Below, in pieces: positions 1 to 8,235 of a stretch of 51,192 nucleotides of DNA (the first letter of the stretch is position 1; every line of letters starts with the position of its first letter). The notes under the pieces were generated by a model, which searched no databases, had not been told where the DNA came from, and saw only the letters and a program-made list of their open reading frames with translations. The DNA comes from a virus. Its lineage: Duplodnaviria; Caudoviricetes. The position numbers were made by a program, and so were the translations under genes. The DNA lies in IMG/VR virus record IMGVR_UViG_3300027863_000050, positions 1 to 51,192 of that record; one strand, 5' to 3'.

Positions 1-893
1 CGATTATCGACCCCGTGTCGGAATTCGTGGTGTGCCGCGACGAAGCGGGCCGGTTGCGGTTCCCGTTTGGCGAGGAATCGTCTGATATAATCAGCAACGC
101 TGCGGGCGGCCTGTCGGGTGCGGTAGACGCAGCCTCGAAGGTCGGCGCAATCAACGGAGGGTTATGAGTATGAGCTTGCTAACCATGCTTGAGCAGGAGG
201 TCGGTGTTGTCGAAGACGACATCAAGGGCGTTGCGGCGCTCATCTGGCGCGACGTGAAGGCTGCCGCCAGCGAGGTCGAGACAATCGCCGTCGATGACTT
301 CAAGGCCGCTTTGCCCGCGTTTACCAAGGCAGTCAAGGATTACGCGCTGCAAATCGTCGGGCAGTTGGAGCAGGACCCGGTTTTTTCGGGCGCGCTTGGT
401 TCCTGGAAGTTCGGGATAGCCGCGGCGCGCTTGTGGGCGGCCGTGAAAGCTGGCATTCCGGGATTCGAGAATCTGGCCGTATCGTTCGGACAATTAACGG
501 TCGAAACTATCGTGCAGGATTCCGTGAAGTCGCTACTGGTCGGTGCGACCGCAAACCCTACTTCATCGTCGGCGAGTTCGCAGGCGGGTTCGTCGGCGGG
601 GTCCTCGGCGGCATCCTCAAAGGCCTAAAATGATGCGCTTTCTGCGATATATCGCGCTCGTGCTGGCGTTGTGGCCGTCGCTTTGTTGGGGGCAGACCAC
701 GGTAACGATTACCGGCACGTTGCTCGACAATTCGGGCAATCCGCTTTCGGGCGTCCAGGTAATCGAGCAGCCGATCTATCCGACGATGGTCAACGGCGCG
801 TTGGTCTCGCCGAACCCGGTGAGCACCTACACGAATTCATCCGGCGCGTTTTCGTTGGTCGCGGTCGGCGGGGTGTACGCGGCGCTGTATGTG
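1..893. repeat. Terminal direct repeat, copy 1 (circular overlap)
   Basis: 1-893 aligns without gaps to 50300-51192 (offset 50299) with about two dozen substitutions. Confidence 0.97.
164..628 (+). CDS. Hypothetical phage protein with Ser/Ala-rich C-terminus
   Basis: GGAGG RBS before ATG; the second copy (50463-50927) differs mostly at synonymous sites, supporting a real gene. Confidence 0.8.
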   Translation: MSMSLLTMLEQEVGVVEDDIKGVAALIWRDVKAAASEVETIAVDDFKAALPAFTKAVKDYALQIVGQLEQDPVFSGALGSWKFGIAAARLWAAVKAGIPGFENLAVSFGQLTVETIVQDSVKSLLVGATANPTSSSASSQAGSSAGSSAASSKA

Positions 894-1277
894 CCTTCGA
901 CGGGCGCGCTGGTAAAGGTCACGCTGCCGTCGAGCGGGACCGCCACGTTAGCGCAACTGCTCGCCAATCAGCCGAATGTGGTAGCGACGTTTCCGCCGTT
1001 GGGCAGTGTGCCGATGGGCGGCCAGCGGCTGCAAAATCTGGGACAGGCGCAGACCACGGGCGACGCGCTCGGCTGGGGACAAAACGCGCTAGTTAACCAG
1101 TTAACCGTCGGGCACACGACCACGGCCAACCTGCCGACCTGCAATTCGACGACCCAGTACATGTTGTTGTGGGTGACAGACGCTTCGGCGGCGTGCAGCT
1201 ATGGCACCTCGCCGACTGGCGGCGGCACGAACGTCTGCCTTGTGGGGTGCAATGGCACATCATGGCTAGAACATTAG
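630..1277 (+). CDS. Signal-peptide-bearing, beta-rich (Ig-like) virion or surface protein
   Basis: ATG at 630 follows the upstream stop; MMRFLRYIALVLALWPSLCWG signal; TITGTLLDNSGNPLSGV resembles carboxypeptidase-regulatory-like beta sandwiches. Confidence 0.6.
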   Translation: MMRFLRYIALVLALWPSLCWGQTTVTITGTLLDNSGNPLSGVQVIEQPIYPTMVNGALVSPNPVSTYTNSSGAFSLVAVGGVYAALYVPSTGALVKVTLPSSGTATLAQLLANQPNVVATFPPLGSVPMGGQRLQNLGQAQTTGDALGWGQNALVNQLTVGHTTTANLPTCNSTTQYMLLWVTDASAACSYGTSPTGGGTNVCLVGCNGTSWLEH

Positions 1278-1281
1278 GACA

Positions 1282-1554
1282 ATGAACGTATCGTTTTTCC
1301 AGGTAATCGAATTCATCAAGTCGCTGCGGGGCATGACCCGCGCACAACTCGTGCATGTGCTGGCGACGATGCTGGCGTCGTTCATTATGACGCTTAGCGG
1401 CTATTACCCGAATATCGACCGTAACGCGCTTTTGATTGCGGCGGCCGCGGCGTTCACGGCCGGCAGCGGCTACGTGGCGGCGCTTGCGCAGAAGCCGACG
1501 ATCGGTAAACATGCAGTAGGGCAGGTTGACGATGCGGACCGGATGCATCTGTGA
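1282..1554 (+). CDS. Putative holin-like membrane protein
   Basis: 90 aa, two hydrophobic segments; near the endolysin on the circular map. Confidence 0.45.
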   Translation: MNVSFFQVIEFIKSLRGMTRAQLVHVLATMLASFIMTLSGYYPNIDRNALLIAAAAAFTAGSGYVAALAQKPTIGKHAVGQVDDADRMHL

Positions 1555-1610
1555 CGGCTACTCTCGGGCCGCTCCTGAGAAAGTGGCAGCGCATCTAGCG
1601 TAAAAACATC

Positions 1611-1760
1611 GTGCGGGACCTTGTCATAATTGTGTACGCCATGATTTGGACAGGTGGCCTTTACGCCACACTGTATCCTCTGATAGAGGACGTTCGTATT
1701 AGAAAAGAGTTAGAAAAGAAATTTACTTGTTTACGAAGATGTGATATGGGGCATTTTTGA
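1611..1760 (+). CDS. Small AT-rich membrane peptide (49 aa, moron-like)
   Basis: Manual translation VRDLVIIVYAMIWTGGLYATLYPLIEDVRIRKELEKKFTCLRRCDMGHF; lies between two copies of a duplicated segment. Confidence 0.4.
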   Translation: MRDLVIIVYAMIWTGGLYATLYPLIEDVRIRKELEKKFTCLRRCDMGHF

Positions 1761-2125
1761 TGATGCGGACCGGATGCATCTGTGACGGCCACCCCGGGGC
1801 CGCTCTTGAGAACACGGATCGCATACGCGTCCGCAACTGCCCCGCCCTGTCCCCTCTACAGCGGGCCGCACGCTTTCTCGGCTGTGCCGTCCTCCTCACA
1901 GTCGGGGGCTGCGGCCCGCTCCTCTCTGTTCCGTGCGCGAAACCGGAACCGGTGCAAATCGTTCAACCGCCCGCGCCGGTAAAATGCGCGCCCGCAGCCT
2001 ATGCGGACGTGGTTTCTCTACCAATGAACAAATGCGGCGACGGACTTTGCTTCGACCGCGAGAACGCGCAGAAGCTGGTCGCGAAAATCAAGGCGCTGGA
2101 GGCGTGCAGCAATGTGCAACCGTGA
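1760..2125 (+). CDS. Putative lipoprotein (o-spanin candidate)
   Basis: Hydrophobic stretch ending LLTVGGC, then Pro/Cys-rich region; start codon uncertain. Confidence 0.4.
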   Translation: MMRTGCICDGHPGAALENTDRIRVRNCPALSPLQRAARFLGCAVLLTVGGCGPLLSVPCAKPEPVQIVQPPAPVKCAPAAYADVVSLPMNKCGDGLCFDRENAQKLVAKIKALEACSNVQP

Positions 2126-2229
2126 CGATTCTAATCAGCCCGAAACGGATCAGATCGCAGAACTCGAACGGCTAGCCGAAAAGGTTTGGCCGGAAGAAGA
2201 AGACGTGGACGAGTTTCTTGCGTGGCTAC

Positions 2230-2820
2230 ATGACTTCAGGCGAAAGCGCCGTGAGGGAACGCCCGAATAACACGCTCTACATCGGATTCAGTCGCAGCAC
2301 GGGCGGTCCGTTGCGGCGCGCTCTCGGCTGGCTCATTCGCACGTTTACCGGTGGCCGTGTCAATCACGCATTTTTCTTGTATCGCGATGCTTATCTCAGC
2401 ACGTGGATGACGCTTGGCGCGAATGTGAGCGGCGTCACGCTTGTTCCGCTTCGCGAGTTCCGCCAGACGCGCGAAATCGTTCACCTGTGGAAACCCGTTG
2501 TGGGATCGCTGTGGGATGGCGTGCGCGCGCTCCACGACGAAATCGGCGTTGGCTACAACTTCTCGGGCTTGGTCGGAATGGCGGGGGTGGAGCTGCTGCG
2601 GCGGCTTGGCGTAAAGCGGCCCGTCAATTGGTTGGATGATCCACACAGATTGTTTTGTTCGGAGTACTGCGCGCAGGTGCTTATCCGCGCGGCGCTGCCT
2701 GACGTGGGGTTTCGTGCGCGTCTGCGGCGCGTACCGCCCGCCACGATCGACCCCACGATGCTCGATGCGCTGATTGCGGAGAGCGGAATTTTCGCGCCCG
2801 CGTTGGGCGATCTCCCCTAA
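2230..2820 (+). CDS. Permuted papain-like NlpC/P60 (YiiX/YebB-like) amidase/peptidase
   Basis: N-terminal His motif (VNHAFF), YNFSGL and C-terminal LFCSEYCA catalytic Cys motif. Confidence 0.7.
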   Translation: MTSGESAVRERPNNTLYIGFSRSTGGPLRRALGWLIRTFTGGRVNHAFFLYRDAYLSTWMTLGANVSGVTLVPLREFRQTREIVHLWKPVVGSLWDGVRALHDEIGVGYNFSGLVGMAGVELLRRLGVKRPVNWLDDPHRLFCSEYCAQVLIRAALPDVGFRARLRRVPPATIDPTMLDALIAESGIFAPALGDLP

Positions 2821-2894
2821 ATACGATTACGCTCGAACGTATTAATACGATTACGCGCGAACGTATTGACACGATCGCGGCTTAGTCGTATTGT
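2820..2894 (+). promoter_or_regulatory. Sigma70-type promoter overlapped by two tandem 24-bp palindromic operator-like repeats
   Basis: AATACGATTACGC(T/G)CGAACGTATT at 2820-2843 and 2844-2867; TTGACA 2866-2871, 17-bp spacer, TATTGT 2889-2894. Confidence 0.7.
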
Positions 2895-2987
2895 GGCCGT
2901 GGTGTTCTCGTGGTGGCGGCGCGTCCCTGGCGACAGGGGGTTGGCCTCACAGGGCGCGCCGCTTGGCTTCCCAGACCACCCGGCGGT

Positions 2988-3218
2988 ATGAAAAACAAAC
3001 CGAAAACCGAGTCGTTTCAAGCCTGCATTGACCGCGTCGCCGTAGGCCGCGCGGACTTACGGCAGGCGTTCGAGCGCATCATTGCGCGCATTCGCCATTG
3101 CCGTTGGTGCGGCCAGGTGTTCTACGCGCGTCGCAGCAACATGCGGTTCTGTAGCCGCCAATGCGCTTCGCGAGCGGCTCTGGTGCGCTACGCGACGCGG
3201 GATAAATCGAGGGGATAG
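2988..3218 (+). CDS. Small zinc-finger protein
   Basis: CRWC...FCSRQC motif; first gene after the promoter. Confidence 0.55.
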   Translation: MKNKPKTESFQACIDRVAVGRADLRQAFERIIARIRHCRWCGQVFYARRSNMRFCSRQCASRAALVRYATRDKSRG

Positions 3219-3248
3219 CGATGCTTTACACGAGGAGGATTCCAGGCA

Positions 3249-3503
3249 ATGAAAGTTGAGGAATTGATATCTGAACTCCAAGCGCTCATGGTTGCGCAAT
3301 ATCACACTCACCTGTGTGGCTCCGGCGAAGATTGCATACTCGGAGGATCGAAAGAGAGTTGCAATGTTGCGGGATTTATCGGACCGTTTCCAAGTGCGCA
3401 TACTAATTTGATGTGCTACTGGATAGTGGTGCCCAGGAGTTGCCACGAACCGCTTACGATTTGTGCAGGAGGCTGGAATCCGGATGAGTTACGGATCAAA
3501 TAA
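3249..3503 (+). CDS. Hypothetical protein
   Basis: GAGGAGG RBS, ATG start, in operon. Confidence 0.55.
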   Translation: MKVEELISELQALMVAQYHTHLCGSGEDCILGGSKESCNVAGFIGPFPSAHTNLMCYWIVVPRSCHEPLTICAGGWNPDELRIK

Positions 3504-3515
3504 GGAAGACGGACA

Positions 3516-3641
3516 ATGAGCGATAACGCAGCGAAATTGGCAAAAATCGCACCCGAACAGAAGTGGCGAAAAATGAGCACGGATATCCTGGCCAAGTGCG
3601 CAGAGGCAAGCGCACTGCGACAAAAGGAGGAATCCAAATGA
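3516..3641 (+). CDS. 41-aa mini-paralogue of the downstream Bet annealase
   Basis: MSDNAAKLAKIAPEQKWRKMSTDILAKCAEASALRQKEESK; AAGGA upstream; stop overlaps the bet ATG (ATGA). Confidence 0.6.
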   Translation: MSDNAAKLAKIAPEQKWRKMSTDILAKCAEASALRQKEESK

Positions 3642-4699
3642 GCGATAATGCTCTGACCAGGGCGGCGGAGCCGGGACGGTCCGGCTTCACGCCCGAACAA
3701 ATCCAGGTAATCAAGGACGTCATCGCGCGCGGCGTGAGCGCGACGGAGCTTGCGTTTTTTGTCGAGGTTTGCCAGCAACGGCGATTGAATCCGTTTGCCC
3801 GCCAGATTTACGCAATCAAGCGTTGGGACGCGACGCTTGGCCGCGAAGTGATGGCAATCCAGGTGTCCATTGACGGACTGCGGCTGCTTGCGGAGCGTAG
3901 CGGAAAATATGCGGGCCAATTAGGTCCGTGGTGGACCGATGATGGCGAGCACTGGCTCGAGGTTTGGCTGAAGCCGACCCCGCCCAAAGCGGCGAAAATT
4001 CAGGTGCTGCGGAAGGATTTTGCCGCGCCGATAACGGCCGTGGCCTTGTGGGACAGCTACGTGGCCATGGTGAAGCAGAAGGATGGCAGCATGGCGCCCG
4101 GCCCGCTTTGGCGGAAAATGGCCGCGCATATGTTGGCGAAGTGCGCCGAGGCGAACGCTTTGCGGCGCGCGTTTCCTGAGGAAACCAGCGGGCTGTACGT
4201 CGCAGAGGAAATGGAACAGGCCGACAATCCCGATCGCGAGCCGGTTCGGGTCATCGTTGCACCTGAGAAGCCGTCCGAGAAGCCCGCGCAAGCGGCCGAA
4301 TTGCCGCCCGAAACCCCGGCCGAGCCGCAGGCCAGCGAGGAAGCTGCCGAGCCGCAATCTCCCCCGCCTGCCGCGCCGGCGGCCAAACCGAAAACGCCGT
4401 TCATCGCGCCGACCAAGGGGCAGGTGAACCTGATTCTCGCCACGGCGCGCAGGACCGGCTACATCAACGGTGACGATGCCGAGCCGCTCATCGCCCTGTT
4501 AGAGAAAGCGCGCCTGACTCGGCCAGACAAGCCCGGCGCAACGAGCATCGAAATCGCGCTTGACATGATTCGTACGCAATTGGCGGGCGCGCGGGTTGGC
4601 GGCCTCAAGCGTGCGATGGAGAATGCGCCGCGGCCTGAGAACGCCGCTGACGAACAGAGCGAACCTTCTGAAGAGGAATACGAGGACCTTGAAGTGTGA
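3638..4699 (+). CDS. bet: Phage recombination protein Bet/RecT-family ssDNA annealase
   Basis: LNPFARQIYAIKR, IQVSIDGLRLLAERSGKYAG and MLAKCAEANALRRAFP motifs; AAGGAGG RBS before ATG 3638. Confidence 0.92.
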   Translation: MSDNALTRAAEPGRSGFTPEQIQVIKDVIARGVSATELAFFVEVCQQRRLNPFARQIYAIKRWDATLGREVMAIQVSIDGLRLLAERSGKYAGQLGPWWTDDGEHWLEVWLKPTPPKAAKIQVLRKDFAAPITAVALWDSYVAMVKQKDGSMAPGPLWRKMAAHMLAKCAEANALRRAFPEETSGLYVAEEMEQADNPDREPVRVIVAPEKPSEKPAQAAELPPETPAEPQASEEAAEPQSPPPAAPAAKPKTPFIAPTKGQVNLILATARRTGYINGDDAEPLIALLEKARLTRPDKPGATSIEIALDMIRTQLAGARVGGLKRAMENAPRPENAADEQSEPSEEEYEDLEV

Positions 4700-5418
4700 A
4701 AGAGCTAATCGAGTTCCGCTTCACGGATATGGCTCTGTCCGCGAATCTGGACGGACACGCTCGCGTACGCTGGACGGTCGGCGAAACCCGGCCAATCGAG
4801 CGGCTCCTGATCGGCTATCCCGATACTCACTTGTGCTTGCAGGAGCGGTTAGAGGACTATCCGTCCGATGGTGAAGGTCCGGTCATATGCGTGTTCGAGT
4901 TTGGGGAGCCGGAGTGGAATTCTAATTACAACGCAATGGTTACCAGAAGCGCCACGTTGGTCCGCGCGATCGACGTGGCGCGGGAATTGGTGCTATATGC
5001 GACGGATTGCATTGAGACGCTAATGAATCTGTTCCCGACGCAGTTTGATGTCGCACTGTTCCCTGGCTGGCATCCGGAGTTACTGCTTCTGGCCGCCCGC
5101 GCCCTAGCGCGGGGCGCTTTAGAGAAGCGATACGTCCCCTGGATCGAGCGGATCGCATGGCCGTCCGCTGATGACTCTCGATCGTGGAAGACCTGGCATC
5201 CCCTACAGCAGGCTGCGGCACACGTTCTCGCTGCGGCGACGTGCCCACAAGAATCCGGGGAATACATGCGTTACGCACTAAACTTCGTGCGCGAAACGTG
5301 GCGAGACAAAAACCAAGCTGGGTACCAGTTCGATCCTTTCAAGTGGTCTTTTCGGACCATTTTCGGCGGGATTTTCAAGGAGGAACGCTATGATCGTCGA
5401 ATTGGACCAGCGGTCTGA
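4696..5418 (+). CDS. Hypothetical protein
   Basis: 240-aa ORF overlapping both neighbours (GTGA coupling). Confidence 0.65.
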   Translation: MKELIEFRFTDMALSANLDGHARVRWTVGETRPIERLLIGYPDTHLCLQERLEDYPSDGEGPVICVFEFGEPEWNSNYNAMVTRSATLVRAIDVARELVLYATDCIETLMNLFPTQFDVALFPGWHPELLLLAARALARGALEKRYVPWIERIAWPSADDSRSWKTWHPLQQAAAHVLAAATCPQESGEYMRYALNFVRETWRDKNQAGYQFDPFKWSFRTIFGGIFKEERYDRRIGPAV

Positions 5419-6289
5419 CGTATGGCTCAAGTGGCGATCCGAAGGGATTGGGGCGTCTGATGCGGCCGTGATTCTTGAGGAATCGCCGTTCCGCACGGCG
5501 TACGACCTGTGGCTGGAAAAGACAGGCCAGCGCAAGCCGCAGAAAAGCAGTCGCGCGATGGACCACGGCGTCGAACATGAGGCGGACGCGGTCGCCTGGT
5601 ATATGCAACAGACCGGCAAAACCGGCAGACCGGTTTGCGCGGTGTACGACGACGCGGACTATATCCGCGCTTCGCTCGATTTCTGGGACGGGGCGAAACA
5701 CGGCGCGGAAGTTAAATGCCCGATCGATTACGGGCAGTTTCGACAGCACAGAGAAGCGATCCCCTATTACTATTGGGTCCAGTGTCAGGTTCAGATGCAG
5801 GTGATGGACCTCGCGTCGTGCGATTTTGTTTCGTGGTACGAGGGTGACGGGGTGATTCATCCTGTTGAGCGGGATGACGATTTTTGGTTTGAAACGCTAC
5901 TGCCCGCGATACAGGAGTTTTGGCAACGAGTTTTGGACCGCCGGTGGCCGGTTCCGGACGGCGTGCGAAAGTTGGAGACGCCAGAGTGGCGGGATGCGGC
6001 GCGGCGCTTCATGGATGCGCGGGCGATGGTGGTTGAGGCGGAGGCGCTCAAGCGACGGGCGGAGGCGGCGCTCCGACGGCTCGCGACGGCGAAAACGACT
6101 ATCGGTGGCGGGGTGCGGGCGACGTGGCGGCTGGTTGGCGGGCGGCGGGAGTTAGTCGTACCGGTGGTGGATGATGGTCAGGTCGAGCGGGCGATGCAGG
6201 CGCTGAGAAGCCTAGGGCTGGTACCGGCGGTCCATGAGCGCGCGCCGTCGCTATCTCTGATGGTCAAGGAGGTGGGAGAAAACGATTGA
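5390..6289 (+). CDS. YqaJ/lambda-Exo family exonuclease
   Basis: QRSDVWLKWR, GIGASDAA, ASLD, EVKCP, QCQVQM motifs; partner of Bet. Confidence 0.92.
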   Translation: MIVELDQRSDVWLKWRSEGIGASDAAVILEESPFRTAYDLWLEKTGQRKPQKSSRAMDHGVEHEADAVAWYMQQTGKTGRPVCAVYDDADYIRASLDFWDGAKHGAEVKCPIDYGQFRQHREAIPYYYWVQCQVQMQVMDLASCDFVSWYEGDGVIHPVERDDDFWFETLLPAIQEFWQRVLDRRWPVPDGVRKLETPEWRDAARRFMDARAMVVEAEALKRRAEAALRRLATAKTTIGGGVRATWRLVGGRRELVVPVVDDGQVERAMQALRSLGLVPAVHERAPSLSLMVKEVGEND

Positions 6290-7086
6290 GCCAGGCTACT
6301 TGAGCGTACCACGGTTAGGGAGCGAGCCATGGAACAGGAGAGTGCCAAAGTCCGTGAGCGAGCCAAACATGCGGAGGGTGCCATGACGGTGGAGCGAGCC
6401 ATGTTCTCTGAGAGCACCATCCTACGGGAGCGAGCCAGTAGGACTGAAGAGCACCACGTCTGGTGAGCGAGCCAAGTCCGGTGAGAGTGCCAACAATTTG
6501 GAGCGAGCCATTGGATGAGAGAGTGCCAGCGTGTAAGAGCGAGCCACGACGGGCGAGAGTGCCAGGACTTGTGAGCGAGCCAGAGATTGTGAGAGTACCA
6601 TAGCGTCGGAGCGAGCCACGGAAGCGGAGCGTACCAGGTCCATTGAGCGAGCCACTTTGGCGGAGAGTACCACGGCACGGGAGCGAGCCACAAATCGTGA
6701 GAGTACCAAGGCCTCGGAGCGAGCCACGGAGCGGAAGAGTGCCAGGCGGCCGGAGCGAGCCAGAGATTGTGAGAGTACCACCAGTTCCGAGCGAGCCAAC
6801 ATAGAGGATAGTACCACTGATGTAGAGCGAGCCAGACTACCAGAGAGTACCAAGGCTTGTGAGCGAGCCATCGCCTTCGAGAGTTCCACGACTCAAGAGC
6901 GAGCCAGACGACGTGAGAGTGCCAAATATGGTGAGCGAGCCATGGTTGTGGAGAGCACCAATACTGGTGAGCGAGCCAGAAGTTGTGAGTGTACCATAGG
7001 GCGCGAGCGAGCCAGCGAGCCGGAGAGTACCAAAGTGGATGAGCGAGCCACAGACTGTGAGAGTACCAGAATTCTAGAGCAAGCCA
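6284..7086 (+). ncRNA. TIGR-like guide array 1: 22 units of 36 nt
   Basis: Unit = GAGCGAGCCA + 8 variable nt + GAGAGT(A/G)CCA + 8 variable nt; one unit is 37 nt; ends at degenerate GAGCAAGCCA (7077-7086). Confidence 0.9.
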
Positions 7087-7119
7087 AAAACAGAGCGAAC
7101 ATCTAAGGAGGTAACACAA

Positions 7120-8235
7120 ATGGAAAACGGAATCGGATTCGACCAGGACGAACTCGCCAGCGAATTGCTGGCATCGTTCTCCAAACTGCGGCTGGACCTC
7201 AAGGCCGCCGCATCAATGGGCCGCCGACAGGCCCGGTATGCCGTTAACACCTATTACGATGTGCAGCGGATACGCATTGCGACCGAACACCAGGTGCGCC
7301 AATGTGAGAAACGAAACGAGCCAACGAACCTGCTCAAATGGATCGCCGGTGTGACTTACGCCTTGGAATATCAGATTCGACGTGCGCTCGGCGCTTTCGC
7401 GGAGAACGCCGAGGTCGGACGCTGGGCGCTGGGGATTCTTGGAATCGGCCCGGTTCTGAGCGCTGGACTACTCGCACACATCGACATGAACCGCGCGCCG
7501 ACCGTCGGCCACATCTGGCGTTTTGCGGGATTGGACCCTAAGCAAAAGTGGATCGGTGCAAAAGCGGCCGAAGCGTTCGTTGCGCGGTTCCCGGAGGACA
7601 CGCCGCTGGAGGACATTATTGTCCGCGCTGTCGAAGTGATACATTGCCGACCTGAAACGCTCGTGATGCTGGCAAGAACCAACCCGCAAGGCAAGAAAAT
7701 CAAAATGACCCGCGAGACGGTGACGCGGGCTATCGCAAAGCGGCCGTGGAACGAGGGGCTGAAGACGCTCTGCTGGAAAATCGGCGAATCGTTCGTCAAG
7801 GTTTCGAACAAGCCGAACAGCCTATACGGACGCATATACAAGGAGCGCAAAACGCTTGAGTGGCAGCGCAATCTGGCAGGCGAAAATGCGGAGTATGCGA
7901 AGCACGTGCTGACCGTAAAGCGGTTCGGCCTTGACACGATGGCGCGCGCCTGGTACAGCGGCGAGATTTCCGCGCCGCTGGTTGAGAAAGCGTTGCGCGA
8001 TGGAAGTCCGCTGCCGGAGAATTTGCGCGAAGCGAGCGAAAAAGCTGGCGGGCTGGTACCGATGTTGCCGCCGGCACATATTCATGCGCGGGCGACCCGT
8101 TACACGGTCAAGCTGTTCTTGTCACATTGGCACGAGGTCGCCTACCGCGCGCACTACCATAAGGAACCGCCGAAGCCGTACGTGATCGACCATCTAAAAC
8201 ACAGGGATTTTATCGGCGCGGATGAGGCGTCGTAA
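7120..8235 (+). CDS. tasA: Nop-domain / IS110-like RNA-binding protein without nuclease domain (TasA-like)
   Basis: Helical N-terminus YYDVQRIRI, GIGPVLSAGLLAHID and IWRFAGLDP Nop/IS110 motifs, PWNEGLKTLCW, HIHARATRYTVKLFL; no N-terminal RuvC DEDD or HNH; AAGGAGGT RBS; flanked by arrays. Confidence 0.82.
   Translation: MENGIGFDQDELASELLASFSKLRLDLKAAASMGRRQARYAVNTYYDVQRIRIATEHQVRQCEKRNEPTNLLKWIAGVTYALEYQIRRALGAFAENAEVGRWALGILGIGPVLSAGLLAHIDMNRAPTVGHIWRFAGLDPKQKWIGAKAAEAFVARFPEDTPLEDIIVRAVEVIHCRPETLVMLARTNPQGKKIKMTRETVTRAIAKRPWNEGLKTLCWKIGESFVKVSNKPNSLYGRIYKERKTLEWQRNLAGENAEYAKHVLTVKRFGLDTMARAWYSGEISAPLVEKALRDGSPLPENLREASEKAGGLVPMLPPAHIHARATRYTVKLFLSHWHEVAYRAHYHKEPPKPYVIDHLKHRDFIGADEAS

Noticed and set aside
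6420-6430. TCCTACGGGAG resembling a conserved 16S rRNA motif
   Set aside because: Only 11 nt, part of it array repeat; consistent with chance
6178-7119. Repeat-protein ORFs over array 1 (WLA..WYS, ARS..VLS, ERA..EST)
   Set aside because: Several frames on both strands are open because 36 nt is 12 codons and the repeats lack stops; a 37-nt unit shifts frame; no convincing RBS
7120-8235. IS110 transposase
   Set aside because: No N-terminal DEDD RuvC-like domain or catalytic SG motif, and flanked by multi-unit arrays rather than IS ends
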